Source of the DNA: Chthonomonadaceae bacterium
GTDB lineage: Bacteria > Armatimonadota > Chthonomonadetes > Chthonomonadales > Chthonomonadaceae
Length of the DNA: 55,198 bases
Assembly: GCA_035650735.1 (NCBI GenBank)
Contig: DASRGZ010000019.1
Span: forward strand, 1-55,198
Direction of reading: 5' to 3'
Each line of letters opens with the position of its first letter. Position 1 is the first letter of the stretch. Both the position numbers and the translations under genes were made by a program. This document shows positions 1 to 12,801 of this stretch, one piece after another. The notes under the pieces were generated by a model. It was not told the DNA's origin and did not search any database. It worked only from the letters and a program-made list of their open reading frames with translations.

Positions 1-2793
<2,793 letters not shown>

Positions 2794-2794
2794 A

Positions 2795-3130
2795 CAAGAT
2801 TCCAACCGGATGCACAGGATTACTCAGGATTTACAGGATGAAGACACAAGACAGAAGCCTACCAGCTCAGTTGGCTTCTGCTCTCCCTTCTGCCTTGCAG
2901 GGAGAAGGGCCGGGGAGGAGGGGAGATAAAAGAGAACGGAAGTACCTGGCAGTGAAGACCCCTCCCCTCTCCTTCAGAAGGCAGTACGTTGCCTCGGAGT
3001 CTCCCGCCGTCAAGGGCGCGTGAAGACCCCTCCCCTCTCCTTCAGGAGGAGAGGGGCCGAGGGTGAGGCTTGAAGTCAGCAAGAACAGGGCTCGGTTGGT
3101 TGGGTTTTAGGAATCTTGTTCATCCTGTTG
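2795..3130. repeat. Composite intergenic repeat: ~9-nt CAGGAT-type tandem arms enclosing family A palindromes
   Basis: CAGGATTACTCAGGATTTACAGGATG near 2814-2840 is complementary to ATCTTGTTCATCCTGTT near 3113-3129. The interior holds CCCCTCTCC..GGAGAGGGG..GGGTGAGG units. Confidence 0.7.
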
Positions 3131-3140
3131 AGGTTTTTCT

Positions 3141-3479
3141 TTATTGCTCCGCGCGGATGGTGATGTTGCCGCCCGACGCGCTCACCTGGAACCCAAGCAC
3201 CTTCTCAAAGAAGTCGAGCGGAACCCACATCTGGCCGTTCTCCAGGAAGGCGGGCCGGGACATCGTTACCTGGTGGCCGATCCTGTCTACGTTGGCCTCG
3301 CCGCTCTGCACGCTGGCGTTCTTGCCGTGAATCTCGATGTTAGCGACGCGGGAGGTAGCATCCCAGTGGACGACTCCTCTCAGGCTTTCGACGATGCCGG
3401 CCAGCGGCACGAACGTCGTGCCGTCGCGGTGCTGAGGTTCCGCGAACTGCCGGCTTTCTCCGTTGATGGTATACGGCAT
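3141..3479 (-). CDS. Copper amine oxidase-like N-terminal (stalk) domain protein
   Basis: GTTFVPLAGIVESL...VHWD and ENGQMWVPLDFF motifs. The ATG at 3479 is preferred over the longer ORF. Confidence 0.8.
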   Translation of the reverse strand: MPYTINGESRQFAEPQHRDGTTFVPLAGIVESLRGVVHWDATSRVANIEIHGKNASVQSGEANVDRIGHQVTMSRPAFLENGQMWVPLDFFEKVLGFQVSASGGNITIRAEQ

Positions 3480-3555
3480 GGAAAGTTCTCCGTAAGTGAG
3501 CCTTGTTCTCGATGGCAGGTGAGCCGCCCGTCGGGAAGCAGATAAGAGGCCGGAC

Positions 3556-3993
3556 TCAGGGCTTCTGAACGGCAAGCTCATTGCTGACTTTCGCGTTGCT
3601 TCCGACTTTCTGCAAGGCCTTGACGGCGACATCGGTCGCGTGCTGCTTCAAGGCGCTATTGACCACATGGCCCTTGAGATGCACCACGTTGTTGGCGCTG
3701 TCCACATCAATGTTGTTGCGCGAGTCGTTTAGCTTCGAGTCGGCAACAATGGCGGTTTTGACCGTCGGGGTCAGCGTTATCGCCTGGCCGGCATTGCTAG
3801 CGCCCTGTTTGGCCTGCGGGGCGTGCTTGTTGGTCTCCTGATCCACCTTTTTGGCCGCGCGCTCCACCGCTTGACTGGCGGCATGCACGTTTTTGGCTGT
3901 ATCCTCTTTTAAGCCCTCTGCCGTGTTCCTGCAGCCCGCAAGGCCCGTTCCGAGCAGCAGCAACGCGGCTCCGAGCGCGATAAGCGTCTTCAT
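3556..3993 (-). CDS. BON-domain lipoprotein
   Basis: Lipobox-type signal MKTLIALGAALLLLGTGLAGC. C-terminal BON motif (VKTAIV..IDVDSANNVVHLKGHV..VSNEL). Confidence 0.85.
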   Translation of the reverse strand: MKTLIALGAALLLLGTGLAGCRNTAEGLKEDTAKNVHAASQAVERAAKKVDQETNKHAPQAKQGASNAGQAITLTPTVKTAIVADSKLNDSRNNIDVDSANNVVHLKGHVVNSALKQHATDVAVKALQKVGSNAKVSNELAVQKP

Positions 3994-4237
3994 TCCTGTT
4001 CTCCCTATCACATTACCGGGCGCAGAGGTTGGGGTGAGGTCGGCCCACTCCTGCACCGTCTTGTTGCGATCTCGCCGGTATGACGGGTATTAAGAGGCGA
4101 GGAGTTCCGCAAGTTATGAGCGTGGAAATGTACGGCAGGCAGGCAGGAAAGACACGCCGCAACAGGGAAAGGTAGGGGCGCGCGGCAGCCGTTGAACCGC
4201 AGGAGAAGGCGCGTCCGGTGAGGAAAGGAAGGGCACT

Positions 4238-5053
4238 ATGCGATACGCGATCTGCAACGAGACATTCCAGAATTGGGGCTGGGAGGATACCTGCCGGCAG
4301 GTGGCCGAGCTCGGCTACGACAGCATTGAGGTGGCGCCGTTCACGCTGGCGGAGGATGCGCGGACTATCAGCCGCCAGGCGCGCAGCGATTATGCCCGCA
4401 CCGCCCGAAGCGCCGGGCTGGAGGTCGTGGGGCTGCACTGGCTGCTGGTCTCGCCGAAGGGGCTTTCCGTGACCAGCCGGGAGGAGGCGGTGCGCGCGGA
4501 GACGGCCCGCTACCTGACGGCGCTGGTGGATCTCTGCGCCGACCTGGGCGGGCACATCATGGTGTTCGGCTCTCCGGCGCAGCGGCGGATTCCGGAAGGA
4601 GACACGGCCGAAATCGCCGCCGACCGGCTGCAAGGCTGTCTGGAGCCGGCGCTGGAGCGCTGCGCGGCGCAGGGCATCACGCTGTGCCTGGAGCCGCTGC
4701 CCGGCCCGGAAGCCGATTTTGTGATGCGGCTGCACGAGGCCGTCGCGCTGGTGCGACGCTTTGCTCATCCGAGCCTGAAGACGATCTTGGACGTCAAGAG
4801 CGCCTCCAGCGAGGGCCGCCCCTTGCCCGAGCTCATCCGCGAGTTCGCGCCTTACATCGCCCACGTCCACGCCAACGACGCCAACCTGCGCGGCCCCGGC
4901 TTCGGGGAGACCGACTTCGTGCCCATCCTGCGCACGCTGCGCGAAGTCGGTTACGACGGCTACGTTTCGGTGGAGGTGTTCGATTACTCGCCCGATCCCG
5001 TCACCATCGCCCGCGACAGCCTGGCCTATATGCGCCGCTGTGAGGCCGCCTAG
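4238..5053 (+). CDS. Sugar phosphate isomerase/epimerase (xylose isomerase-like TIM barrel)
   Basis: GYDSIEVAP, LCLEPL, HVHAND and GYDGYVSVEVF motifs. Confidence 0.88.
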   Translation: MRYAICNETFQNWGWEDTCRQVAELGYDSIEVAPFTLAEDARTISRQARSDYARTARSAGLEVVGLHWLLVSPKGLSVTSREEAVRAETARYLTALVDLCADLGGHIMVFGSPAQRRIPEGDTAEIAADRLQGCLEPALERCAAQGITLCLEPLPGPEADFVMRLHEAVALVRRFAHPSLKTILDVKSASSEGRPLPELIREFAPYIAHVHANDANLRGPGFGETDFVPILRTLREVGYDGYVSVEVFDYSPDPVTIARDSLAYMRRCEAA

Positions 5054-5074
5054 AACCAGAAGAGGTAATGCACC

Positions 5075-6241
5075 ATGCCCGAACCCGAATTCCGCCTGAT
5101 CGTCCATGCCGGACCGCATGACCGTTCGCACTGCCCCGTTCGCGTTACGCTGTCGGAGCCGCTGCCGGAAGGCGAGTGGGAGTTGGCCGCCGATTCCAGC
5201 CAGACGCGCCCTCTTCAACGCCTGGAAGGCAACGAGGTCGTCTTTCTCGAAACGGCCCTGAGAGCCGGAGAGAGCCGCACCTACCGCGTTCGCCCGCACC
5301 AGACGCCGGACAAGACTTCCCTCCCGGTTGTTACGAAAGTGGCGGCGGTGACATTAACCCATGCTGAGGGGGAGCGCATTGAGATTCAGACAAACGGCAG
5401 CCTGCTCACGCGCTATATCTACGGCAATGTTCCGGCGCGTCCGTACTTCTTCCCGCTGATCGGGCCGCAGGGCATCCGCATCACGCGCAGCTATCCGATG
5501 GAGGACGTTCCCGGCGAGATGCAGGATCATCCGCACCACCGCTCGCTCTGGATCGCCTTCGGCGAGGTCAACGGCGCGGACAACTGGAGCGAGGAGCCGG
5601 GGCACGGCTATACCCTGCATCAGTCGGTGGACAGGCTGGAAGACGGAGAGGTGGCCGGGCGGTTCGCGACGACGAGCCTGTGGGCGCGGGCGGACAAGAC
5701 CCCGCTGCTCACACAGCGCCTGGCGGTCACGGTCTGGGGAACCGACGCGTCGGTGCGTCTGCTGGACTTCGACATCCGGCTAGAGGCGACGCATGGCGAC
5801 GTGCATTTTGGGGACACGAAGGAGGGCGGTATCCTCTCGACGCGGGTGGCGAGCGCGATGGACGTGCCGCGCGGCGGGCGGATCGAGAACGTCTACGGCG
5901 GGGTGAACGAGGGCGAGACCTGGGGCAAGGCGGCGCACTGGTGCGACTATTCCGGCGTAGTGGAGGGGCAGCAGGTGGGAATCGCCATCCTGGATCATCC
6001 GCTGAGCTTCCGCTACCCGACGCACTGGCATGTGCGCGATTACGGCTTGATGACCGCTAACCCGTTCGGCTATGCCGCCTTCACGAACGGCGTCAAAGAC
6101 GGCAGCTACACGCTCCAGGCCGGCGATGCGCTGGAGTTCCATTACCGGCTGGTGCTGCATCGGGGCAATGCCTCTGAGGGACGGGTCAACGCGCACTATC
6201 TTAACTTCGTCGCGCCGCCGCGCGTTGAGGTCACTCCTTGA
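5075..6241 (+). CDS. PmoA-like/DUF6807-type beta-sandwich protein, probably carbohydrate-related
   Basis: RPYFFPL, DHPHHRSLW, GDTKEGG and HWHVRDYGLMTANPFG motifs. RBS GAGG upstream. Confidence 0.7.
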   Translation: MPEPEFRLIVHAGPHDRSHCPVRVTLSEPLPEGEWELAADSSQTRPLQRLEGNEVVFLETALRAGESRTYRVRPHQTPDKTSLPVVTKVAAVTLTHAEGERIEIQTNGSLLTRYIYGNVPARPYFFPLIGPQGIRITRSYPMEDVPGEMQDHPHHRSLWIAFGEVNGADNWSEEPGHGYTLHQSVDRLEDGEVAGRFATTSLWARADKTPLLTQRLAVTVWGTDASVRLLDFDIRLEATHGDVHFGDTKEGGILSTRVASAMDVPRGGRIENVYGGVNEGETWGKAAHWCDYSGVVEGQQVGIAILDHPLSFRYPTHWHVRDYGLMTANPFGYAAFTNGVKDGSYTLQAGDALEFHYRLVLHRGNASEGRVNAHYLNFVAPPRVEVTP

Positions 6242-6251
6242 GGTGAACATA

Positions 6252-6401
6252 GCCCTCACCCCCGGCCCACTGCAAGGGTCGGCGCTCAACGGTTCGGCCC
6301 TCCGCCTAGCGACACCTAGCGACCCCCGGCGCTGCGGGAGAGGGGAGAGCAGAAGCCGGGTCACCCCCTTCCCTCTCCGGGAAGGGGGACGGGGGTTAGG
6401 T
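6252..6401. repeat. Family A palindromic element with a family B insert at 6269-6322
   Basis: GCCCTCACCCCCGGCCC[ACTGCAAGGG...CCTAGCGA]...GGGAGAGGGG. Bases 6331-6374 are identical to 24243-24286. Confidence 0.85.
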
Positions 6402-6434
6402 CTACCGCAATATCAACCAGGCTTGGGAGGGGAA

Positions 6435-6719
6435 ATGAAAGTCCGATTACATTTTCGACAGGATAAAATCCACATAGATGAGGAGTTTGCCGGTAAGAGC
6501 GCGGATGAGGTCGTCGGGGCGATGAAGGCGCGCGTCATGAAGGAGCTGCCTTTTGCCATGCGGCTGGTCGTCGGCACGATGAGCAATCTCGGATTTGCCC
6601 AGGAAGTCGTCCGGCGTTACAACGAGTCCCAGAAGAAGAGCCTGCCCGTCCCGGAAAGCTGCGCGGAGTTCTTAACGCTTGCCCAGGGGGAGGGATTGGC
6701 AACTATCGAGGAAGCCTAA
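6435..6719 (+). CDS. Hypothetical protein (94 aa)
   Basis: GGAGG RBS before the ATG at 6435. The upstream part of the listed ORF is repeat-derived. Confidence 0.7.
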   Translation: MKVRLHFRQDKIHIDEEFAGKSADEVVGAMKARVMKELPFAMRLVVGTMSNLGFAQEVVRRYNESQKKSLPVPESCAEFLTLAQGEGLATIEEA

Positions 6720-7756
6720 TCTTCAATCTCTGGATTCGCCGCCATAATGGCTTCCGCCACTTCCCAAACACGGGGAAGGTACTCCTTGACCTGCTCACTG
6801 CGCCGCTGAAGATCCGGGAACGAAGCGATATCGAGATCGCCCAGCAGCTGCCGATAGCCGGGACGAAACCTCTCCTGCATCTCTACGGGCGCATCGTGGC
6901 TGAGCACCCACTGACACCGGGAATACGTGGCAACCATCCAGAATATAGCCTCGCGGTGGAAGCCGCGCTCGATCAGCTCCCGACTGCCGTCAATGGCGAT
7001 GGGACGGGCTATATCGGTCAGATCTGCCGCGAACCGATAAGGCGTCTTGATCACTGTTTTGGCCGCATCGAACGCCTCGCCGAGCGCGGCAAGATGCTCT
7101 TCCACACGCGCCCGGCTCATCTGGGCGCACCCTAACATCTCCAGCAGGGTCTCGTAAAAATCCAGGTGATTGTACTCTGCCAGAAGCTCTCGGGCCGCCA
7201 GATACCTGCGCCGCACGGTCGGGTTCTTCAGCCCGGCTACCAGCAGCACATGGGTCAGTACGCCATTCCCGAACAGCCAGGCCATAACCTGGTCGTGGAA
7301 GGGAGCGGTTTCGTTCAATCCCTGGAGAAAACTCAGGGCATTGTTTCTCGCATTTTCGCAGCGTTTAGAAACCCACGGACGTTTGGCAAAGCCTTGAGAC
7401 ACAGCCGCCTGGAGCTTGGTCAACTGGCCCGATGGGTCTAAAAGGACGCTCGGCACCCTGAAGCTGCCGGCCATGTGGTAAGAGCCTAGGATTTGCTCCG
7501 GTGACTGAAGCCGCTCACTGGGCAGATAGGAGACTTCGAGAAGAACGCGGCGATAGAGGAACTTCCCTAGCTTGTCTGGTGGGTTGGGATCGGTAAGCGC
7601 GACCATAACATCCAGATCGGACGTTGCCGGAAGGACGGCGTCATCGGGGAGGTAGTTGGCCGAGCCGTGGTAGAAAGCGCCATAAAAGCCGGACGTTTTG
7701 CTGGCCTCCTCCATCACCCACTGGCGCGCTGCCTCTTTGGCCTGTTTGACAATCAT
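6716..7756 (-). CDS. Putative nucleotidyltransferase-domain protein
   Basis: 346 aa ORF with an N-terminal FYHGS-x11-SDLDV Pol-beta-type motif and a helical C-terminus. Confidence 0.6.
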   Translation of the reverse strand: MIVKQAKEAARQWVMEEASKTSGFYGAFYHGSANYLPDDAVLPATSDLDVMVALTDPNPPDKLGKFLYRRVLLEVSYLPSERLQSPEQILGSYHMAGSFRVPSVLLDPSGQLTKLQAAVSQGFAKRPWVSKRCENARNNALSFLQGLNETAPFHDQVMAWLFGNGVLTHVLLVAGLKNPTVRRRYLAARELLAEYNHLDFYETLLEMLGCAQMSRARVEEHLAALGEAFDAAKTVIKTPYRFAADLTDIARPIAIDGSRELIERGFHREAIFWMVATYSRCQWVLSHDAPVEMQERFRPGYRQLLGDLDIASFPDLQRRSEQVKEYLPRVWEVAEAIMAANPEIED

Positions 7757-7779
7757 GATCCCCTCGCAATCAAATACCT

Positions 7780-8004
7780 AAACACGGATGGGACGGATCG
7801 GACGGATAACACGGATGGGCAAGCCCGGTTTCCCTTATCCGTTTCCTCCGTTTTAAGAGGCCGCTGCCTTCAGGATAGCCTTCCATGCGCAGGGCGCACC
7901 ACCGATCATGAATATACCTCTCCCCTCCCCTGTTGTTGAGGATCGCAAGGCAGAGGCGCGAACCGTTGAGCGCCGACCCTGGCAGTGGGACAGGGGGTGA
8001 GGGC
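7780..8004. repeat. ACGGAT-type tandem/inverted arms (7780-7852) and a family A element with a family B insert (7943-7986)
   Basis: ACACGGATGGGACGGATCGGACGGATAACACGGAT versus ATCCGTTTCCTCCGTT. TCGCAAGG...CCCTGGCAGT is followed by GGGGGTGAGGG. Confidence 0.7.
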
Positions 8005-8029
8005 CATTTTCACCTCAGTGAGCAAGCGG

Positions 8030-9247
8030 TCATCTACCCTTCTGAGCTCCAGGGGACGGAGCGGCACGCGCTTGTTCCGTGCTTGGGAAACGCAGGCTGC
8101 GCTCTGCCGCAGTGAGCATCTCTAGCGCTAGATTTAGGGCGCGCACATTCGGCTGCCGGGCTAAAGCGTCGCGCACGTCGCCGATGCCCGCGCGCAGATC
8201 GGGCCGGGCGGCGACGGCCAGCGCCTGGCGGTACTCTTTCCGCGCTTCCTCCCAGCGGTCCTGGACGGCATAGATCAGGCCGAGGTTGAAGCGGACGTAG
8301 GCGAGCTTCGGGTCCAGCGCGAGCGCCTTGCGGCAGGTGGCTATCGCCTCCTCATAATGGCCCGCCCCGTATTGCGACCAGCCCAGATTGCCCAGCAGAT
8401 AGGCGTCGTCCGGCGTAGATTGCAGGGCGATCTGGTATTCCGCAATCGCCTCCTCATGCTTGCCTGCGCCCTCCAGGACGGCGGCCAGTTGGGAGTGGAC
8501 GGCGGGCTCCTTTGGAAGCTGCGCCGCCAGGCCGCGCATGATCTGCTCCGCTTCGGCGTGCCGCTTTAGGCCCGAAAGCGCGCCGGCCCGTCCCAATTGC
8601 GCATTGAGGTTCCTCGGATCGGCGCGCAGGGCCGCTTCGTACTCCTCCAGCGCCTCGGCAAAGCGGTTCTCTGCCGCGTTGACGCCCCCCAGCGCATCGT
8701 GCACGACGGCGCTCTCCGGCGCATAGCCCAGCGCATTCAGGAAGGCCCGGCGCGCGTTGGCATAATCTTTTTCCCGCAGATACGTCTCCCCGACCGCCAG
8801 CCGGAAGCGCAGCTCATCGGGATTCAGTTCCACGGCACGCTCAAAGGCGGTGCGGGCGGCAGGGTACTGCTCCGCGTCCATCAGTGCATGTCCCAGGCCG
8901 AAATGGAACTCGGCAAAGTTAGGGTTGAGGGCAATGGCGCTCCGATACGCCTGAGCCGCCTCCGCAAAGCGTTTGCTGCGGCCATAGGCACTCGCCAGAC
9001 CGATGTAACCCTGAATGTCCTTCGGGGTGGCCGCGACGGCCTGCTTGAAGGCGGCTATCGCCTCCTCGGCCTTGCCTTCCGCCAGCAGAGCGGATCCTTT
9101 GCGGTCTAAGTCGGCTGCCGAGAGCGCGGGAGGCTTGTTGTCGGCTTGTGGCGTTGGCTTCTGCTGCGCCCAGCCTATCGGACTCATGCCGCCCAGGAGA
9201 AGGAGAAGAAACGTGATATAGAGGAGACGCCGCATATGCCTATCCAT
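8030..9247 (-). CDS. Secreted tetratricopeptide repeat protein
   Basis: Signal peptide followed by many TPR units (e.g. AEFHFGLGHAL, AYVRFNLGLIY). Confidence 0.9.
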   Translation of the reverse strand: MDRHMRRLLYITFLLLLLGGMSPIGWAQQKPTPQADNKPPALSAADLDRKGSALLAEGKAEEAIAAFKQAVAATPKDIQGYIGLASAYGRSKRFAEAAQAYRSAIALNPNFAEFHFGLGHALMDAEQYPAARTAFERAVELNPDELRFRLAVGETYLREKDYANARRAFLNALGYAPESAVVHDALGGVNAAENRFAEALEEYEAALRADPRNLNAQLGRAGALSGLKRHAEAEQIMRGLAAQLPKEPAVHSQLAAVLEGAGKHEEAIAEYQIALQSTPDDAYLLGNLGWSQYGAGHYEEAIATCRKALALDPKLAYVRFNLGLIYAVQDRWEEARKEYRQALAVAARPDLRAGIGDVRDALARQPNVRALNLALEMLTAAERSLRFPSTEQARAAPSPGAQKGR

Positions 9248-9347
9248 AGTCAGCTAGAGAGAGACCAGTCCCGTTCTGCCCGCCGGTCGCAGAGCATGGG
9301 AACCCCAATGCCTATGTCTGTGATCGTAGCAGACCGCCCGCGCGAAG

Positions 9348-9985
9348 TCAATGGGCGGGCCGTTTTTTGGCATGCTGATCATCCAGAGAGGATGGGGCAG
9401 AGGCGGCAGGGGGACGCTGCCAGGCCCGCAACGCGATGAGTTCCCCGGTATGCAGGCTCAGGACAAGCTCGACCTCGGGATCGGCGCGGCGCCAGCGCAG
9501 ACGCCAGCTTACACTGGCCTGTTGCGGCTCCTGAGCCAGCCGATAGGAGCCTATCCGGTCGGTAAATCCCAGCGCCCGCAGCCAGAACTGCGCGGCGGCG
9601 AGGGCTTCCCGGCGGCTCAGACGGCGGCGCGGCGCATCCGGGGGCGGCCAGCCGGGGCGTCCGATGGAGCGCAGAGCCCGGTGGCGGCCTCCCATTGGAA
9701 GTCTATTGGGAAGGCCCCCTGCGCATCGGTGCATTCGGCGGTCCAGCAGGGAAGCGGAGAGCCGGAGGCCGGCCTGTCTACGGCGATGCGCACGGCGTCA
9801 GCCCGGGGAACGATGGTGTGGTAAAGGGCCAGTGCGCGCTCGCGAATCTCCTCGGCGGTAAGCCGGCCATAGGGCCGGGCCTGCTCGTCCATCACGGTGG
9901 CTACATGACGCATGCGGGCGATCAGGAGAGCCAGCAGCAGGCCAATCAGCCCAAGCCAAAACAGTTTAGCATGGTTCCGGCGCAT
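9348..9985 (-). pseudogene. Membrane-anchored hypothetical protein with an apparent 1-nt frameshift near 9677
   Basis: ORF 9617-10009 (AGGAGG RBS, MRRNHAKLFWLGL transmembrane anchor) joins ORF 9348-9734 as ..EAATG-ALRSIGRP.. if one G is added to the GGG run. Confidence 0.6.
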
Positions 9986-10038
9986 GAATATATCCCTCCT
10001 GGGCGGCAAGCCAGGGAAGTGAATGTGCTCCCTCGAAA

Positions 10039-10054
10039 GACTACTGATATAGTC
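10039..10054. promoter_or_regulatory. Putative BlaI-family operator (copy 2)
   Basis: GACTACTGATATAGTC, identical at 13/16 positions to the palindrome upstream of the blaI-like gene. Confidence 0.65.
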
Positions 10055-10102
10055 ACAAGCGGCACAAACAAGCCTTCCTCCCGAAGTATTCTCCTTACGT
10101 AT

Positions 10103-12340
10103 CTACTTCAGTTGTAGCAGGAAAGCGCGGGTCGCGCCGGCGCGGTCCTGGCCGTAGCCGACGATCTGCTCCGCGTCGTTGATGTCGGTGGCGTCTTGCA
10201 GCTTCCAGCCCGTTGCTTCCGGTATCAGGCGGTTGAGGTCCTGCAGCCTGCCGCCGCTGTAGAGGAAAGCGCTGCTGACGTTGGTACGCAGGTCGGTATA
10301 CCTGCCGACAGCCTGGCCCCGGTTGTTGAGGGCCTGGACGTAAATCTCGCTGGCATGGCCGTTTTCCAGGCGGATGTCGTGCGCGACGCCGTGCGAGTAG
10401 AAAAAGGAGCTGGAAAGGCTGCCATCGCCGCGACCCCACTGGCCGATGATTTCGCCTCTATCGTTGATGGCTCGCGGTATTCCGTCCACGCCGCCAGGTG
10501 GCAGGCAGCGGAGGGGCCGCAGGACGCCGCCGCTATACAGGAAAGGAACCCAATGGCCGCGCCCGCGTTCCGACCAGCCCACGATCTGACCCCGGTTGTT
10601 GATGCCGCTGGCGCCGCTGGACTTGCCGCCGAGCGTGCCCAGGTCGCGCAGTTTGCCGTCCTGCGATCTGCCCCGCGTCGTTGATGGCGGCGGCGAGACT
10701 GGCGGAACCTCCCAGCGTGCCCAGATCGCGCAGGGCGCCTCCGCTATAAAGAAACGCGCGCTCCTGGCCCGAATTCAGCGGTCCGATCTGCCCGATGACC
10801 TGGCCGGCGGCGTTGATGCGAAAGGCCAGGCTGTGCTGATGGCTCTGAAGCGCGCCGAGGTCATTCCATTGCCCCGCCGCAAAAAGCATCGCATGAGGGA
10901 TCGCGCCGCTCCTCTCTTGTGGCTCCATATCGGCCCAGCCGACGACCTGGCCGGAGGCGTTGATGCCGGTGGCATAATGGGCGTACCGGTTGAGCGCTCC
11001 GAGGGGCAGGAGGCGGTAGGGCGCAGGCGAACGGAGAATGGCCTCCTGAATTTGGGCCTCGCGCTCGCGCTTTACCGGTGCGATCCGGGCTTCCGGGGAG
11101 ACCGTAGCGCTTTTTGCTGTTCGGACGCGCCAGGGCACCGCGCCCAGCAGGCCGAGGAGCAGGAAGAGCGCCAGAAGGAAGCGCGCGCTCCGGGACGGGC
11201 AGTCCGCGGCGGCACGCATCATCAACAAACGCTGCTTCATGGAGAGGTAGCTTGCCGTAACACCCAGCGAGACCAGGGAGCTTTCCCGCCGGTCGCGGGC
11301 GGCAATTTTGAGCAGCATCTGCCCGTACTGGAGGGGAGAGGCTGCCGTGACCCGCAGCGCGGCGGCATCGCAGGTGGCCTCCCGCGCCACGCCCCATTCC
11401 CGGCAGGCCCGCCAGATGAGCGGAAAGAAGAAGAAGAGGGTTTGCGAAAACAGCGGAATGAGCGCCAGCCAGAGGTCGTGCCGGCGGATATGAGCCATCT
11501 CGTGAGCCAGCGCCATGCGCCACTCCTCCTCCGAGAACGTCTCCACGAAGAGCGCAGGAAAGACGATCACGGGCCGGAAGTGGCCTACCAGAAAGGGCGA
11601 CCAGATCCCTTCCGCAGCGACGATACGCGGAGGACGGCGCAGCCCAAAGCGCGCCGCCATCAGTCGGGTTTCCTCGGCAAGTTCCGTCTCCTCCAGGGAA
11701 ACGGCCTGGCGCAGCATGCGCCGCAGTCCCCAAACCTGCCGCGCGACCCGGCCCAGATGCCAGCCGAGGCCGACCAGCCAGATCGCCCAGAGATGGGTGA
11801 GCGCCAGCAGCGGGCTGAAGGTGGCGTTGGCAGGGTAGGGACGCGTGTCGTGAAAATCGGCTATATCGGCAGGGAGAGCCGAGAGGGCGGTCTTTGTGGT
11901 AGAAGCGCGGAGCCGGATATGGGCGTTGGCGCGGGCAGGGACACGGCGGATCGTGCGGCGGGCTTCTCGTCGGGCCTGACGACCGGGCTGGCGGCAGCCG
12001 GAGCGTTCGTGCTGACCCGCACGGTGGCCTTAGAGGCCCGACCGGGCAGGAAGGAGCGCGGCGTCCCTGCGGTGGGGCGGGGGAGTGGAGCGACGGCGCG
12101 CGGCGGCATGGACAGCCAGGGCAGCGGCAGCGAGGCCGTCCAGAGCAGCGCCAGGGGCAGCTTGAGACAGGCCAGCCACCAGAGGCCGTGACGGACGGCG
12201 ATGGGCAGGCGGGGAAACAGCCGGCAGATCGCCCAGACCGCCAGAATAAACAGGCCGCCCTGCCAGCAGGCGCTTGCCACGCGTGCGGCAAAAGCGTCCG
12301 GCCAGGGGTTGCCCACCGTGAACCAGTAGTCGGCGCTCAT
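10103..12340 (-). pseudogene. BlaR1/M56-family peptidase fused to HAF-type extracellular repeats, frame-disrupted
   Basis: The ATG overlaps the blaI-like stop (ATGA). It contains transmembrane segments, SPFLVG..PVIVFP, HEMAH (HExxH), REATCD and repeats such as AFLYSGG.LRDLGTLGG..A..IN..GQI.G. Frame breaks lie between 11861 and 12030 and near 10655. Confidence 0.8.
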
Positions 12341-12729
12341 GGCTGTTTGGGCTCCCTGGCGGAGGGCAGCGTTTCGACGATGCGGCGCAGCTCGACCAGC
12401 TCCTCTTCCGAAAGGCCCTCCGCCTCCGCCAGGTAAGCAACGAAAGGAGAGAGCGAGCCTGCCAGCGTCTTCTCGACGAACTCCTGCACCAGCCCCTTCA
12501 AGACCTCGCCCTGCGGCATCTGCGGCCAGTAGCGGTAGATGTTGTCCTTTTTTTGCCGGGTGAGATAGCCCTTCTGGCGCAGCCGCTCCATGACGGTCAG
12601 GATCGTGGTGCGCGCCAGCCCGCGCGGCTCGCCAAACTGCGCGGCGACCTCCCCAACGGAGATGGGGGCGTGCTCGGCGACGTAGCGCAGAACCTCCAGC
12701 TCTTGATCTCCCAAGGACGGCGTTTCCAT
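12337..12729 (-). CDS. BlaI/MecI/CopY family transcriptional repressor
   Basis: LGDQELEVL..LARTTILTVMERLRQKGYLTR winged helix and LSEEELVELRRIV dimerisation tail. Adjacent to the M56 gene. Confidence 0.93.
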   Translation of the reverse strand: METPSLGDQELEVLRYVAEHAPISVGEVAAQFGEPRGLARTTILTVMERLRQKGYLTRQKKDNIYRYWPQMPQGEVLKGLVQEFVEKTLAGSLSPFVAYLAEAEGLSEEELVELRRIVETLPSAREPKQP

Positions 12730-12785
12730 GTCTTCCTCCTGCCTTGCTGGCGATGAGGGTGGTCTGCAACGGGAGTGCGGATAAC

Positions 12786-12801
12786 GACTACCCCTATAGT
12801 C
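12786..12801. promoter_or_regulatory. Putative BlaI-family operator (copy 1, autoregulatory position)
   Basis: GACTACCCCTATAGTC palindrome 57 nt upstream of the repressor start. Confidence 0.7.

Noticed and set aside
2952..3045. 26-nt direct repeat GTGAAGACCCCTCCCCTCTCCTTCAG with a 68-nt period, as a possible mini-CRISPR
   Set aside because: The repeat is the left half of a family A palindrome, has no internal hairpin and lacks the 29/32 geometry. A local duplication explains it better.
3520..3545. CAGG...GGAAGCAG resembling SRP RNA helix 8
   Set aside because: Spacing and tetraloop do not fit the SRP motif, and there is no long enclosing stem.
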